A DNA stretch of 64,000 nt from Anaerohalosphaeraceae bacterium (GCA_963675525.2 CAXXSL010000008.1:160001-224000); one strand, 5' to 3'. Shown: positions 22,777-32,873, numbered from the stretch's first letter. Translations and numbers: made by a program. Notes: generated from the sequence alone by a model not told the origin.

Positions 22777-23211
22777 TTATAATTCGTAAAGCTGCTCGTC
22801 GCCCAAGATCATAAAACCGTGACCGGCAATCGTTTCTTCCAGGTCGACGCCGTCAGGGTTTTCAAACTCAAGGAAACAAATGCCCTTTCGTTCCGTGGGT
22901 GAAACAAAACCGTAAGCGTCTTTGATATTGACATTTTTCTCCGCCAGCGATGTTGTCAGCTTTGCCAGATTGCCGGGTGCGTCAGCGGCGGAAACCGCAA
23001 GCACTTCCTTCATCGCACAGGCCACACCCAAATCAGCCAGCACTAACTGGGCCTGTTTGGGTTTATCCACGATCATTTTGATCAGGCCGAACTCGCCGCG
23101 ATCCTGAATCGTAAACGCCCAGATATTCATATTGTTTTCAACCAGCACCTTCGAAATCGACTGAATCCGGCCGGGCCGGTTTTCCAGAAAGATTGTTAAT
23201 TGATGAGCCAT
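22777..23211 (-). CDS. ACT-domain protein
   Basis: QLTIFLENRPGR; tandem ACT; adjacent to paaK. Confidence 0.9.
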   Translation of the reverse strand: MAHQLTIFLENRPGRIQSISKVLVENNMNIWAFTIQDRGEFGLIKMIVDKPKQAQLVLADLGVACAMKEVLAVSAADAPGNLAKLTTSLAEKNVNIKDAYGFVSPTERKGICFLEFENPDGVDLEETIAGHGFMILGDEQLYEL

Positions 23212-23229
23212 AATAACTCCTTCGACAGG

Positions 23230-24546
23230 TTATAATTTTTCTCGCTCGTCTACGACCCGTTTGGCCTTGCCTTCGAAAATCGGCAGAGCCCCCGGTTCAT
23301 GCAACTCAATATGCGCATTGATGGTAATCGACGCACGTAGCTTGTCTTTGATTTTGCCCTTGAGCGCATCCAACGCACTGAGGTCACCGGTAAACATCTT
23401 GGAATAAATTTCCACCTGGACGGTCAGCTTATCCAGTGAACCGGACTTGGTCAGACGAATCTGGTAATTGGTTCCTACTTCCGGCACGGCCATGATCACC
23501 TCTTCGATCTGCGACGGAAAGACGTTGACGCCGTTGACGATCAGCATGTCATCCGTGCGTCCCTGAATCCGCGACAGGCGGCGGTGTGTCCGGCCGCACT
23601 TGCAGGGTTCCGGATGCACATAAGCCAAATCCCGTGTGCGATACCGCATCAGCGGCAGTGCCGAACGAATCAGGTTGGTCAGCACCACCTCGCCCGTTTC
23701 GCCGTCCGGCAGCAGTTCGCCGGTTTCCGGATCGATAATTTCAATGATATACGCGTCTTCCCAAACGTGCATGTCTTCTTTATAGACACACTCAAACGCC
23801 ACGCCGGGACCGTTCATTTCGCTAAGCCCGTAAGAGTTGTAAGCGTCAATACCGTACAGTTCTTCGAGTTTGATGCGCGTATTCTCGGAATATGGCTCGG
23901 CCCCCAGAAATGCTTTTTTCAAATGCAGATCATCACGTGTCGTGTCGTATTCGCCCAGCACGGAATGAATATGCAGCAGATAACTGGGCGTTATATGCAG
24001 TGCGGTCGTCTTGAAATCCTTCATCACCTGAATCTGCCGACGCGTATTGCCGCCGCCGATGGGGATCACGGTCATCCCCACACGTTCGGCACCGTAGTGA
24101 AGGCCCAAGCCGCCGGTGAACAATCCGTACGACATCATGTTCTGAAATACATCCCGCGACGTACACCCCGTCGCAACGATCGACCGGGCCAGGATATCGG
24201 TCCAGTTGTCGAGGTCCTGCTGCGTGTAATAAATCACAGTAGGGATTCCGGTCGTCCCGCTGGAAGAGTGTATCCGCACAACCTCGGCCATATCGACCGA
24301 CAACAAGCCCGTGGGAAAACTTTGCCGCAGGTCATCTTTGACGGCAAATGGAATTTTGCATAGGTCAGCCAGCGTTTGAAGATCATCCGGCGATTTAATA
24401 CCCGCCCGCGTCAGGCGTTTTTGATAAAACGGCGTCTTAAACGCCTGCTCGACAATATGATGCAATCGTTCAAGCTGCAATTGCTCCAATGCTGGGCGTT
24501 CAAGCGTCTCGATCCCGGTGTTCCAGTAATTCACTTCCATTTCCAC
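23230..24546 (-). CDS. paaK: Phenylacetate-CoA ligase family
   Basis: HSSSGTTG, YGLFTGGLG, GAEPYSE, YGLSE, RYRTRD, GRTDDM. Confidence 0.93.
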   Translation of the reverse strand: MEMEVNYWNTGIETLERPALEQLQLERLHHIVEQAFKTPFYQKRLTRAGIKSPDDLQTLADLCKIPFAVKDDLRQSFPTGLLSVDMAEVVRIHSSSGTTGIPTVIYYTQQDLDNWTDILARSIVATGCTSRDVFQNMMSYGLFTGGLGLHYGAERVGMTVIPIGGGNTRRQIQVMKDFKTTALHITPSYLLHIHSVLGEYDTTRDDLHLKKAFLGAEPYSENTRIKLEELYGIDAYNSYGLSEMNGPGVAFECVYKEDMHVWEDAYIIEIIDPETGELLPDGETGEVVLTNLIRSALPLMRYRTRDLAYVHPEPCKCGRTHRRLSRIQGRTDDMLIVNGVNVFPSQIEEVIMAVPEVGTNYQIRLTKSGSLDKLTVQVEIYSKMFTGDLSALDALKGKIKDKLRASITINAHIELHEPGALPIFEGKAKRVVDEREKL

Positions 24547-24558
24547 CTCAAAAATATT

Positions 24559-24593
24559 TAACTAATAACTAAGAACTACGAACTCAAAACTCA
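24559..24593. repeat. Degenerate 7-bp tandem repeat TAACTAA TAACTAA GAACTAC GAACTCA AAACTCA
   Basis: Five units read directly; overlaps the ACT gene stop codon. Confidence 0.75.
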
Positions 24594-25022
24594 CAATCCC
24601 TGGATACCCTTTTCATCAACCACACTCAAGCCGCTCTTGGCAAGCACCTGCTGGGCCTGTTCCGGATTATCGAAACGGAAAACCAACAGCGCCTTTTCCG
24701 AGTGCTTTTCGACAAACCCATACATGTATTCAACATTGACGTTATTGTCTCTCAAAATACCGAGCACTTCCGCCAAACCGCCCGGCGTATCGGGCACCTC
24801 CACCGCCACGACTTCCGTCTGGTTAGCCGTAATATTATTTTTGCGAAACAGGTCAATGGCTTCTGCAGGCTTGTCAACGACCATCCGCAGCACACCGAAT
24901 GTTTCCGTTTCGGCAATCGTCAACGCACGAATGTTGACCCCCGCGCTGCCCAGCAGCGAGCAAATTTCAGAAAGACGCCCTTTTCGATTTTCAAGAAATA
25001 CGCTGATTTGCGTGATTTTCAT
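24591..25022 (-). CDS. ACT-domain protein
   Basis: QISVFLENRKGRL, VPDTPGGLA, NVEYMY. Confidence 0.92.
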   Translation of the reverse strand: MKITQISVFLENRKGRLSEICSLLGSAGVNIRALTIAETETFGVLRMVVDKPAEAIDLFRKNNITANQTEVVAVEVPDTPGGLAEVLGILRDNNVNVEYMYGFVEKHSEKALLVFRFDNPEQAQQVLAKSGLSVVDEKGIQGL

Positions 25023-25043
25023 AAGACTGTCCCTTTCTCTTTT

Positions 25044-25496
25044 TGAAACCGCAGATTACGCAGATTTCACAGATAAATATTATTATCCTCATTCAATGCG
25101 TACTGATAAAACGTCTATATTTCAGAGAGGATTGACCAAAGTTAATCAGTAAACCAATTTGTAAATGTGCCGTTTTCAAGACATTAATGATTTGTGCTTC
25201 ATCCACAGGAGTCATGCCGGTTTCAGCTTTAATTTCAACGACATGCGTATCAAAACAGATGAAATCCGGTTTATAAAATTTCTCCATCGGAAATTGTTTA
25301 TAGTACAGCTTAATTTGTGGTTGCGACAGGAAAGGCATTTTCCTCTCCCGCAACTCAATTTCCATGGCCTCTTGGTAAACGGCTTCCAAAAAACCCGGCC
25401 CCAGTTCCCGATGAACTTCCATTGCCGCACCAATGATATCATAACTGAACGGGTCTTTTTTATCTATCTGTGTAATCTGTGAAATCTGCGGTTTCA
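25044..25496. mobile_element. GxxExxY cassette bounded by 32-bp imperfect inverted repeats (25044-25075 / 25465-25496)
   Basis: TGAAACCGCAGATTACGCAGATTTCACAGATA versus reverse complement TGAAACCGCAGATTTCACAGATTACACAGATA (29/32). Mobility is inferred. Confidence 0.6.
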
Positions 25497-25497
25497 T
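25093..25497 (-). CDS. GxxExxY protein (PD-(D/E)XK nuclease-like)
   Basis: IIGAAMEVHRELGPGFLEAVYQEA, PDF, VEIKA, GLLINFG. Start moved to ATG 25497. Confidence 0.92.
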   Translation of the reverse strand: MKPQISQITQIDKKDPFSYDIIGAAMEVHRELGPGFLEAVYQEAMEIELRERKMPFLSQPQIKLYYKQFPMEKFYKPDFICFDTHVVEIKAETGMTPVDEAQIINVLKTAHLQIGLLINFGQSSLKYRRFISTH

Positions 25498-25501
25498 CTC
25501 T

Positions 25502-26803
25502 TCACAGACTCCGTTTGTCAACAACACGTTTAGCCTTGCCTTCGCTTCGCTGGATGGTTTTCGGCTCAACCAGTTTCACAGTAACACCAATCGACAGCAC
25601 GGCTTCGATTTCTTTCTTGATCTTGCCTTCCAGAACCCGCATCTGTTTGATTTCATCGGAGAAGATTTTCTCATCGACTTCAACCATGATTTCAACGCTG
25701 TCCAGTTTATGGGCCTGCCGGTCAATCACAAGCTGATAATGCGGCTGTGTGCCCTCGATGCCCAGCAGCACATGCTCGATCTGCGACGGGAACACGTTAA
25801 TCCCGCGAACGACGATCATGTCATCGGTGCGTCCCTTGATCTTGCTGGTTCGCGGACTGGTCCGGCCGCACTGACACGGCTGATTTGTCATGCTCACAAT
25901 GTCCCGTGTACGATAGCGAATCAGCGGAATGCCCTGCTTGGTCAGTGTGGTAAAGACCAACTCGCCATCTTCGCCTTCAGCCACCGGCTGCCCCGTCTCC
26001 GGGTCGATGATCTCCGCGTAGAACACATCCGAATAGACATGCAGGCCGTCTTTATACGTACATTCCTGTGAAACGCCGGGGCCGATGATTTCGCTAAGAC
26101 CATAAATATCCGTCGCCAGCATGTTCCAGGTTTCCTCAATCTCCGCCCGCATGGGTTCACTCCACGGCTCGGCTCCGAAAATACCGATATTCCAACTGGC
26201 TGTCCGCGGGTCGATCCCGAGATCTTTCGCCTGCTCGGCCATATACAGCGAGTAACTCGGCGTACAAGCCAGAATACGCGGCTTAAAATCCTGCATAATC
26301 TTGAGTTGTCGGGCAGTCTGTCCCGACGAAGTCGGGATAATCGTCAGGCCCATCTCCAGTGCCCCGTAATGAAAGCCCAGGCCGCCGGTAAAGAGGCCGT
26401 AGCCATAGGCGATTTGAATAATATCATCCGGCACAGCACCCGCACAGCACAGCGACCGGGCCATCACATCCGACCACAGCTTGATATCGTCACGGGTATA
26501 GCCGACCAGGGTCGGATTGCCCGTCGTGCCGCTGGAGACATGAATCTCTACAAGATCCGCACGCGGACGCGAGAATAATCCGAACGGATAATTATCCCGC
26601 ATGTCCAGCTTGGTCGTAAACGGCAGCTTGACAATATCATCAATGGACTTAATGTCCGAAGGCGTAATGCCCTGGTCGTCAAATTTTTGCTTATAAACAG
26701 GGCAGTTTTCATAGACATACTTGCAGAGGTTAACCAAACGTTCGGATTGAATATTCTTCAAGTCCTCTAACGGCATGGTTTCGATGGTTTCATTCCAAAT
26801 CAT
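25502..26803 (-). CDS. paaK: Phenylacetate-CoA ligase family (second paralogue)
   Basis: HVSSGTTG, YGLFTGGLG, GAEPWSE, YGLSEIIGPG, GRTDDM. Confidence 0.93.
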   Translation of the reverse strand: MIWNETIETMPLEDLKNIQSERLVNLCKYVYENCPVYKQKFDDQGITPSDIKSIDDIVKLPFTTKLDMRDNYPFGLFSRPRADLVEIHVSSGTTGNPTLVGYTRDDIKLWSDVMARSLCCAGAVPDDIIQIAYGYGLFTGGLGFHYGALEMGLTIIPTSSGQTARQLKIMQDFKPRILACTPSYSLYMAEQAKDLGIDPRTASWNIGIFGAEPWSEPMRAEIEETWNMLATDIYGLSEIIGPGVSQECTYKDGLHVYSDVFYAEIIDPETGQPVAEGEDGELVFTTLTKQGIPLIRYRTRDIVSMTNQPCQCGRTSPRTSKIKGRTDDMIVVRGINVFPSQIEHVLLGIEGTQPHYQLVIDRQAHKLDSVEIMVEVDEKIFSDEIKQMRVLEGKIKKEIEAVLSIGVTVKLVEPKTIQRSEGKAKRVVDKRSL

Positions 26804-26854
26804 AGCCTACTCCCGAAAAGAATAACAAAAAATAGTGTACTGTTTTAAGCTTGC

Positions 26855-26897
26855 CATTCCCGCGAAGGAATGTCATTCCCGCGAAGGCGGGAATCCA
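26855..26897. repeat. REP-like palindrome GTCATTCCCGCGAAGGCGGGAATCCA with partial tandem duplication
   Basis: ATTCCC-N8-GGGAAT core; CATTCCCGCGAAGG repeated at 26855-26868. Confidence 0.8.
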
Positions 26898-26954
26898 AAA
26901 TCAAATGCTTCCGCCGGAGGCGGTTTCCTTAATTTTGCCTTTTGGACTTTAACT

Positions 26955-27452
26955 TTAAACCTGTTTTACAAGGGCTTTTGCTTTTTTGAAAACCTTTTTA
27001 TTTTCCACCAAAATCTTTTGCGGAAAAACAGTCTTCAAGGCCTTCTCCCAGCTTTTGTCGCTGATCGGCAAATACGCTGCCAGCACACCCACCAATGCCG
27101 TATTCAGATGGCGGGGATTTTCGATGATCTCTTTGAGTTCCCCAAGATAAGCGACCAGATCGACACCGTCTTTTGTGAGGAAGTGCTTTAAGCGGTAATG
27201 TTCATCGGCGTGAAAGCACATCAAAAAATCCGCCTGCCCCGGCGCAATCAGCGGCGAATAGATCTTCTTGCCGAAACGCACATGCGATTCGACAGAACCG
27301 CCCCGCTGACTCATGCCGTGTACTTCGGACTTCTTAACATGAAAGCCTTCAAACATGGCCGCCCAACCAACCAGTTCCGAAGCCTTGATAATTCCCTGCC
27401 CGCCGATGCCGCCAAATGTTACATTATATTCAGTCTGTTTTTTCATCATCAT
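26955..27452 (-). CDS. iorB: Indolepyruvate ferredoxin oxidoreductase beta subunit
   Basis: GIGGQGII, SEVHGMSQRGGSVESHVRFG. Confidence 0.9.
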   Translation of the reverse strand: MMMKKQTEYNVTFGGIGGQGIIKASELVGWAAMFEGFHVKKSEVHGMSQRGGSVESHVRFGKKIYSPLIAPGQADFLMCFHADEHYRLKHFLTKDGVDLVAYLGELKEIIENPRHLNTALVGVLAAYLPISDKSWEKALKTVFPQKILVENKKVFKKAKALVKQV

Positions 27453-27559
27453 ATTCCAGCCGTTCTACATTTTACTGTTTACAATCAAAATTTCACGTTT
27501 CTTCGCGGGTCACCCTAACAATCATAAGTTATGGTTCTACTCGCGGGATTTTACCACCC

Positions 27560-29122
27560 TTAAGGGTGCTTTTTCTTAATCAGTACACAGGGGTGCTTGA
27601 CGATAATCACGCTGAGAGCATCCTCATCCAGACGCTGTTTGACCAATTCTTCCAATTGGCGTAGTTTCCCAATCGGGTCAATGACATCCACGTTATCCGC
27701 ACCGCAGGCCTTGCACAATTTCGCAATATCCAGTGTCTTGGTCTTTTCGTTGCGAATCGTCCACCCCGTCCCGGGATGCTGTTGGCCTCCGGTCATCGCC
27801 GTCGTTGAGTTGTCCAGCACAAAGATAATTCCCTTCGCCTGATTGTAAGCAGCGTTAACTAACCCTGTAATCCCGGAATGCACAAATGTCGAATCACCGA
27901 CCACGCCGACGATTTTGCCGTTTGGATGTGCCCGTCGGAGCCCCTCATTAAACGTGACACCCGCCCCCATGCAGATACAGGTATGCAGGGCCGACGTCGG
28001 CGGCAAGCTCCCCAGCGTATAACAGCCGATATCGCCGCAGACATACAATCCCAGCTTTTTCAGTACTGAAAACGTGGCCCAGTGCGGACACCCCGCACAC
28101 AGTCTCGGCGCCCGGCCGGGAATTTTCTTAACCTTCTTGGGCTTACCCATCACCGCATCGGCAATCACACCCGGTGTCAACTCGCCCAGGCGGAATGAGG
28201 GGTCTTTGAATTTAGCCTTCTTGATGCCCAGCGCCTTAATATGCTCCTCGATGAACGGGTCCAGTTCTTCGATGACGACAAGTTTCTTGACGCTCTTAGC
28301 AAACGCCTTGATTTTTTCATCACAGAACGGATACAAAAACCCCAGCTTCAAATACGACGCTTCCGGGTACGCTTCCTTTAGATAATTATACGGCACACTC
28401 GAGGTAATGATGCCAAGCGAAGTATCGTTCATTTCGATCTTGTTGAGCTTTGTCCGTTCGGAAAACTTTTGCAGTTTTTCAATACGCTTCTCAATAAAAA
28501 CATGACGCAGGCGGGCATTGCCCGGCACCATCACATACTTGCGCATATTCGGCTCAAGTTTGACCGGTTTAACCGTCACACGCTTGCCCAGCTTGACATC
28601 TTCTTTCGTATGCGAAATGCGTGTGGTCATGCGGATAATCACTGGTGTATCGAACGTCTCACTAATCTTAAAAGCCTCACCCACAAAGACTTTGGCTTCG
28701 GCTGGACTGGACGGCTCCAAAACCGGCAGTTTGGCATAGATGCCCACCCATCGCGTATCCTGTTCATTCTGAGACGAGTGCATATCCGGATCGTCACAAA
28801 CCACCACCACAAACCCCGCAGTCACTCCCGCATAGGACGAGGTCATCAGCGGGTCCATCGCCACATTCAGGCCGACATGCTTACAGGCGAATAAACTGCG
28901 AACCCCGCCAACCGCCGCACCGTAGGCCACCTCATAGGCTACCTTTTCATTAACCGACCACTGAACGTCCAGTTCTTTATAGAGTGCCAGAGCCTCCATG
29001 ATTTCCGTCGAAGGCGTACCGGGATAGGCACAGGCTACCGCCAACCCAGATTCCCAGGCCCCCTGTGCCAACGCTTCATTACCGGAAAGAAATGCTTTTT
29101 GAGATGCCGTCATTTTTGCCAT
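27560..29122 (-). CDS. iorA: Indolepyruvate ferredoxin oxidoreductase alpha subunit
   Basis: GNEALAQG, YPGTPSTEI, NEKVA, KHVGLNVA, LCAGCPH, DIGCY, GDSTFVHSG. Confidence 0.93.
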   Translation of the reverse strand: MAKMTASQKAFLSGNEALAQGAWESGLAVACAYPGTPSTEIMEALALYKELDVQWSVNEKVAYEVAYGAAVGGVRSLFACKHVGLNVAMDPLMTSSYAGVTAGFVVVVCDDPDMHSSQNEQDTRWVGIYAKLPVLEPSSPAEAKVFVGEAFKISETFDTPVIIRMTTRISHTKEDVKLGKRVTVKPVKLEPNMRKYVMVPGNARLRHVFIEKRIEKLQKFSERTKLNKIEMNDTSLGIITSSVPYNYLKEAYPEASYLKLGFLYPFCDEKIKAFAKSVKKLVVIEELDPFIEEHIKALGIKKAKFKDPSFRLGELTPGVIADAVMGKPKKVKKIPGRAPRLCAGCPHWATFSVLKKLGLYVCGDIGCYTLGSLPPTSALHTCICMGAGVTFNEGLRRAHPNGKIVGVVGDSTFVHSGITGLVNAAYNQAKGIIFVLDNSTTAMTGGQQHPGTGWTIRNEKTKTLDIAKLCKACGADNVDVIDPIGKLRQLEELVKQRLDEDALSVIIVKHPCVLIKKKHP

Positions 29123-29175
29123 AAAACCTCTATCTCCAGTTGACGTTAAAATTTCACTTGAATTACTGGCCTATC

Positions 29176-29204
29176 AGCGTACACGATTTGACCATTTGGG
29201 TCAA
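29176..29204 (-). promoter_or_regulatory. Putative iorA promoter with overlapping palindromic operator
   Basis: TTGACC-N17-TACGCT; palindrome TTGACC-N5-GGTCAA at 29188-29204. Confidence 0.55.
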
Positions 29205-29256
29205 GGTTTGAGGGCTGAAAATCACCTTTTGAGAGTAAATTATCCCTTTAAATACA

Positions 29257-29285
29257 AAAAAAAGGCCCGGCATACGCGCCGGGCC
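29257..29285 (-). terminator. Intrinsic terminator after the porin gene
   Basis: GGCCCGGC/GCCGGGCC stem followed by T7 on the minus strand. Confidence 0.85.
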
Positions 29286-29323
29286 AAGAGATCAAAAATG
29301 CTCTTGAAAGAGGCATTTAGATT

Positions 29324-30775
29324 TTAGAACGTCCATTCCACATTGACACGGGCAAACATGGCGGCTTCATTCGTGCTGGTATCGTAATAACTGCCCGGGA
29401 GGAAATAATCCAGTAGGAACTGGGTCCGGAAGTTCTTGCAGCATTGATAGGTTAAAAGACCCGTAATCATCTGGCCGCGGAATTTACCATTACCGTATGT
29501 GGTTGTCCAGGGACCTATGCCGGAACCGGAATCTTGGTACGTATTTTCGTCAGCCCACATCAGGTTGTACTGGCTTAGCATGGTCCAATATTCGGACGGT
29601 TTAAATGAATGACCGACGCCCAAACGTTGCAGGTTCGACACTTGACCAACATTGCCTTCAGGACTCCAGATATAGGACTGTAAGTCTCCGCCGCGACCTG
29701 ATTGCGGCCAGTCGCCCCACAGTGTGTCAAATTGCTTGCTGCCGGAACTCTCCGGATCATCGCCGGAAAGGAATTCATACATGAAAAAGACTTTCGATTG
29801 CTTGTCATCATTGAAGGCATAGGTCAGTGTATTGTTGGTGCCCCAGGCTCTCATCGATTCCTCATCGAGTTTGCCCCACTGCTTGGCAGCTTCAGCACTG
29901 TATGACCAATTATCATCGAGCTTGCCTGCCAGACGTCCGCCAATGGTATGAATGTCCGCATCTCTTGTCGAAGCAGTATTGTTCCAATGCGAATTTTCAT
30001 CATTTTTGAAGATGTAGTACAATTCACGTTGTTGACCGCCACACATGTTCGTTAAGTAAAAAATGATACCTCGTTCATCCTGAAGATTTGTAACATGACG
30101 AGAGTCTTCGTGATCAAAAGGCTTCAGCCATTTTGTCTCATTGTCATACTGCTGAATGTAAATCATATCCAACTTGGTTGCGTCATTCAATTCATAGGTT
30201 CCACGAATCGCATCAAAGTAAATCGTTCGGGAGCCATCAGCCGGGGTGCCGTCCAACACCAGCCAACCGGTACCCAGAATAATGTCCTGACGACCGATGG
30301 TTAACGTCAGCGGCATATCAAAGGCATTGCGAATCTGAATGTTCATGTGGTCGAAAATGCCTTCATCAAGATCAATTTCCTGATTTAAATGCGGGGGTTT
30401 ATGCCAATCACGAAATTCCCAAACCAGACGTGTGTTAAAATCAATATCTTCACTCAACTGGTACTTCGCAGACCACCGTGCACGATACCGCCCATACTGC
30501 CAGATATTTCTGTTATGATTTTTGGCGGCGGCATCACCAAATTGCCGGTCCAGAGAAAAGAGATTCTCCGCATACACTTGTCGCAGGCGAATGTCCAGTC
30601 CCATGGTAACACCTTCCATCGGATTGTGGAAAGCCTTCATTAAATCATTGTCGACTTCATGCCAGTGCTTTGACGGCGCCTGCGCATAATCTTCGGCGGC
30701 AGCCATTACTGCAGAGGTCATACCGGCAACCATCACTGTCAATGCCATTCCCATTAAAATTCGCTTCATGCTCAT
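29324..30775 (-). CDS. Outer-membrane beta-barrel (alginate-export family-like porin)
   Basis: Signal peptide; LTIGRQDI.LGTGWLV.DG, FLSGDDP, terminal ARVNVEWTF. Confidence 0.75.
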   Translation of the reverse strand: MSMKRILMGMALTVMVAGMTSAVMAAAEDYAQAPSKHWHEVDNDLMKAFHNPMEGVTMGLDIRLRQVYAENLFSLDRQFGDAAAKNHNRNIWQYGRYRARWSAKYQLSEDIDFNTRLVWEFRDWHKPPHLNQEIDLDEGIFDHMNIQIRNAFDMPLTLTIGRQDIILGTGWLVLDGTPADGSRTIYFDAIRGTYELNDATKLDMIYIQQYDNETKWLKPFDHEDSRHVTNLQDERGIIFYLTNMCGGQQRELYYIFKNDENSHWNNTASTRDADIHTIGGRLAGKLDDNWSYSAEAAKQWGKLDEESMRAWGTNNTLTYAFNDDKQSKVFFMYEFLSGDDPESSGSKQFDTLWGDWPQSGRGGDLQSYIWSPEGNVGQVSNLQRLGVGHSFKPSEYWTMLSQYNLMWADENTYQDSGSGIGPWTTTYGNGKFRGQMITGLLTYQCCKNFRTQFLLDYFLPGSYYDTSTNEAAMFARVNVEWTF

Positions 30776-30863
30776 CTGCCATTCTCCTGTTAAAATGTTT
30801 AAAGACTAATTATTACCGTTTGGTTATCCTTGTCCTTTTATTCAATACCATCAACAATATATA

Positions 30864-32873
30864 TTAAGCACCCTTGAAACATTTATCCAAATGTTCCCTT
30901 GACGGTGGTTTACTAAGGAGACTCACAACAATCGCCACGACCAGCGATATCGGTAACGCAATAACGATCGGATCGACGACAGGCCAGTTCGGCTTATCCA
31001 GTAATAATGAATGTTTTTCAAACAAGTGATAACAAAGCCCTAATGCGCGGGCTTCCTTGTCTTTGATAAAGAGCAGCCAGAATGCGGTCACCAGGAAACC
31101 GATAATCATCGACCAGATCGCTCCGGCTTTGGTCATCCGTTTCCAGAAAAGACCGCCAATGAATGCCGGCAGGAAGGTCGAGGCACACAACCCGAAAAAG
31201 ATGGCGGTCGCACGGGCAATAATATACCCGCTGCGAATGTAATAACTAAACAATACCGCCGCAACAATCCCGATGATAATCCCCACACGAGTAATCCCGA
31301 TTCCATGACCATGCTTTCCGGTAACCTGCTCGTAAACGTCACGACCAATACTGGTTCCCACGGCATGAAACTGACTGGACAGCGTACTCATTGCCGCAGA
31401 AAGCAGCGTTACCAGAAAGACCAAACCAAACCACTTGGGCATCGCACTACCAATATATGTCGGGATGATCTTACTCGTTTGACACTCGTAAACAACACGA
31501 TCGCTTCCATCAGCCCCCCCAGTCATATATTTCACGATACCCCGCATGTAAGCGGTAGCTTTGGGCTGTATTTTGACTTTCTGACCAACGAGTCCGGTCG
31601 GATCTGCTCCAGGCTCCAGCCCCTCAATAACTGCCGCAGGGGTAATCGCCGCAGCTCCTCCATATCCTTTATAAATCAGATGGGTATCCGCTTCATCATC
31701 ACCTGTGGTATCGACATGCAGCAAAACACAAGGCACAGACTTCTCATCGGGACCGATTGCCGGGTTGACCGGTGTACCATCGGGTTTGACGTTAATGCCT
31801 CGTTCCTTTTTAGCAATCACCCATGCAAATTCAGCTGGACTTGCACCAACGCCGCTGACATTTTTGAGCGTCCCTTCAACAACTTCCTTTTGAAGGAAAT
31901 AGACATTACTCAAAGAACCGACCGTGAACGCCACGCCGGTCATGATTAAAATAAAGATACCACCGACCAGTACCGCTCGATTTAATTCTTTTTTACTCTT
32001 AACGGTCATGAAGCGAACCGCCAGTTGAGGTTGGGCCAGAACACCAATACCTACACCCAGCGTAATGGTACTGATGATGATCCACCACAGATTATACGCG
32101 TCCGGATTCGGCCCTTTAGCGGACTCACCAATACCCCATCCAAATGCAGGCATCGCCGTCCAGCCTTTAAATCCGACTCCGCCAAAAATATTGGGGCCTT
32201 TGCCGGCTTCAGTCAGTGCCGCATGGGCCGCGTTGACACCGCCCATCATTTTATATGTCCAAATCAACAAAATCAGCATACCCACAAACATGATCGAACC
32301 CTGCAAGGCATCTGAATACATGACGCCCTTCAATCCGCCCATAATCACATAGGCAGCGATGATGACGCTGAAAACAAGAAGGGCTGTTTCATAAGTAATT
32401 CCAAATGCCGATGCGATGAATGCACACCCGCCAATCAGGACCGCCGCCGCATACATCGGAATAAACAGGAAGATGATAAGTCCTGCAAAGATCTGGATAA
32501 ACTTGCTCTCAAAGCGATTGGCCAGTAATTCCGGAAATGTATGCGCATCTAAATGGTGGCCCATGCGACGAGTCGGCCCACCAAGGAACACAAACGCAAC
32601 AAAGATACCCACAAAGATATTAAAGAAAGTCAACCACAGTAAACTCATCCCAAACATTCCGGCCACACCGCCGAAACCAACAATCGCACTGGTCGAGATA
32701 AATGTCGCCCCATAACTCATCGCCATGACAAAGGGGTGTACCCCACGTCCGGCGATCAGATAATCGGTTGCGCTTTTTGTTCGCTTCCAACCTAAAAAAC
32801 CAAGATAAACTACGACTAACAGATATGCAAGAACTACCATAATTTCTTTGGCGCCAACAGCTTGTGCTAACAT
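30864..32873 (-). CDS. Sodium:solute symporter
   Basis: DYLIAGR, ATFISTSAIVGFGG, GGLKGVMYSD, AQPQLAVRFM, LSAAMST. Confidence 0.93.
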   Translation of the reverse strand: MLAQAVGAKEIMVVLAYLLVVVYLGFLGWKRTKSATDYLIAGRGVHPFVMAMSYGATFISTSAIVGFGGVAGMFGMSLLWLTFFNIFVGIFVAFVFLGGPTRRMGHHLDAHTFPELLANRFESKFIQIFAGLIIFLFIPMYAAAVLIGGCAFIASAFGITYETALLVFSVIIAAYVIMGGLKGVMYSDALQGSIMFVGMLILLIWTYKMMGGVNAAHAALTEAGKGPNIFGGVGFKGWTAMPAFGWGIGESAKGPNPDAYNLWWIIISTITLGVGIGVLAQPQLAVRFMTVKSKKELNRAVLVGGIFILIMTGVAFTVGSLSNVYFLQKEVVEGTLKNVSGVGASPAEFAWVIAKKERGINVKPDGTPVNPAIGPDEKSVPCVLLHVDTTGDDEADTHLIYKGYGGAAAITPAAVIEGLEPGADPTGLVGQKVKIQPKATAYMRGIVKYMTGGADGSDRVVYECQTSKIIPTYIGSAMPKWFGLVFLVTLLSAAMSTLSSQFHAVGTSIGRDVYEQVTGKHGHGIGITRVGIIIGIVAAVLFSYYIRSGYIIARATAIFFGLCASTFLPAFIGGLFWKRMTKAGAIWSMIIGFLVTAFWLLFIKDKEARALGLCYHLFEKHSLLLDKPNWPVVDPIVIALPISLVVAIVVSLLSKPPSREHLDKCFKGA

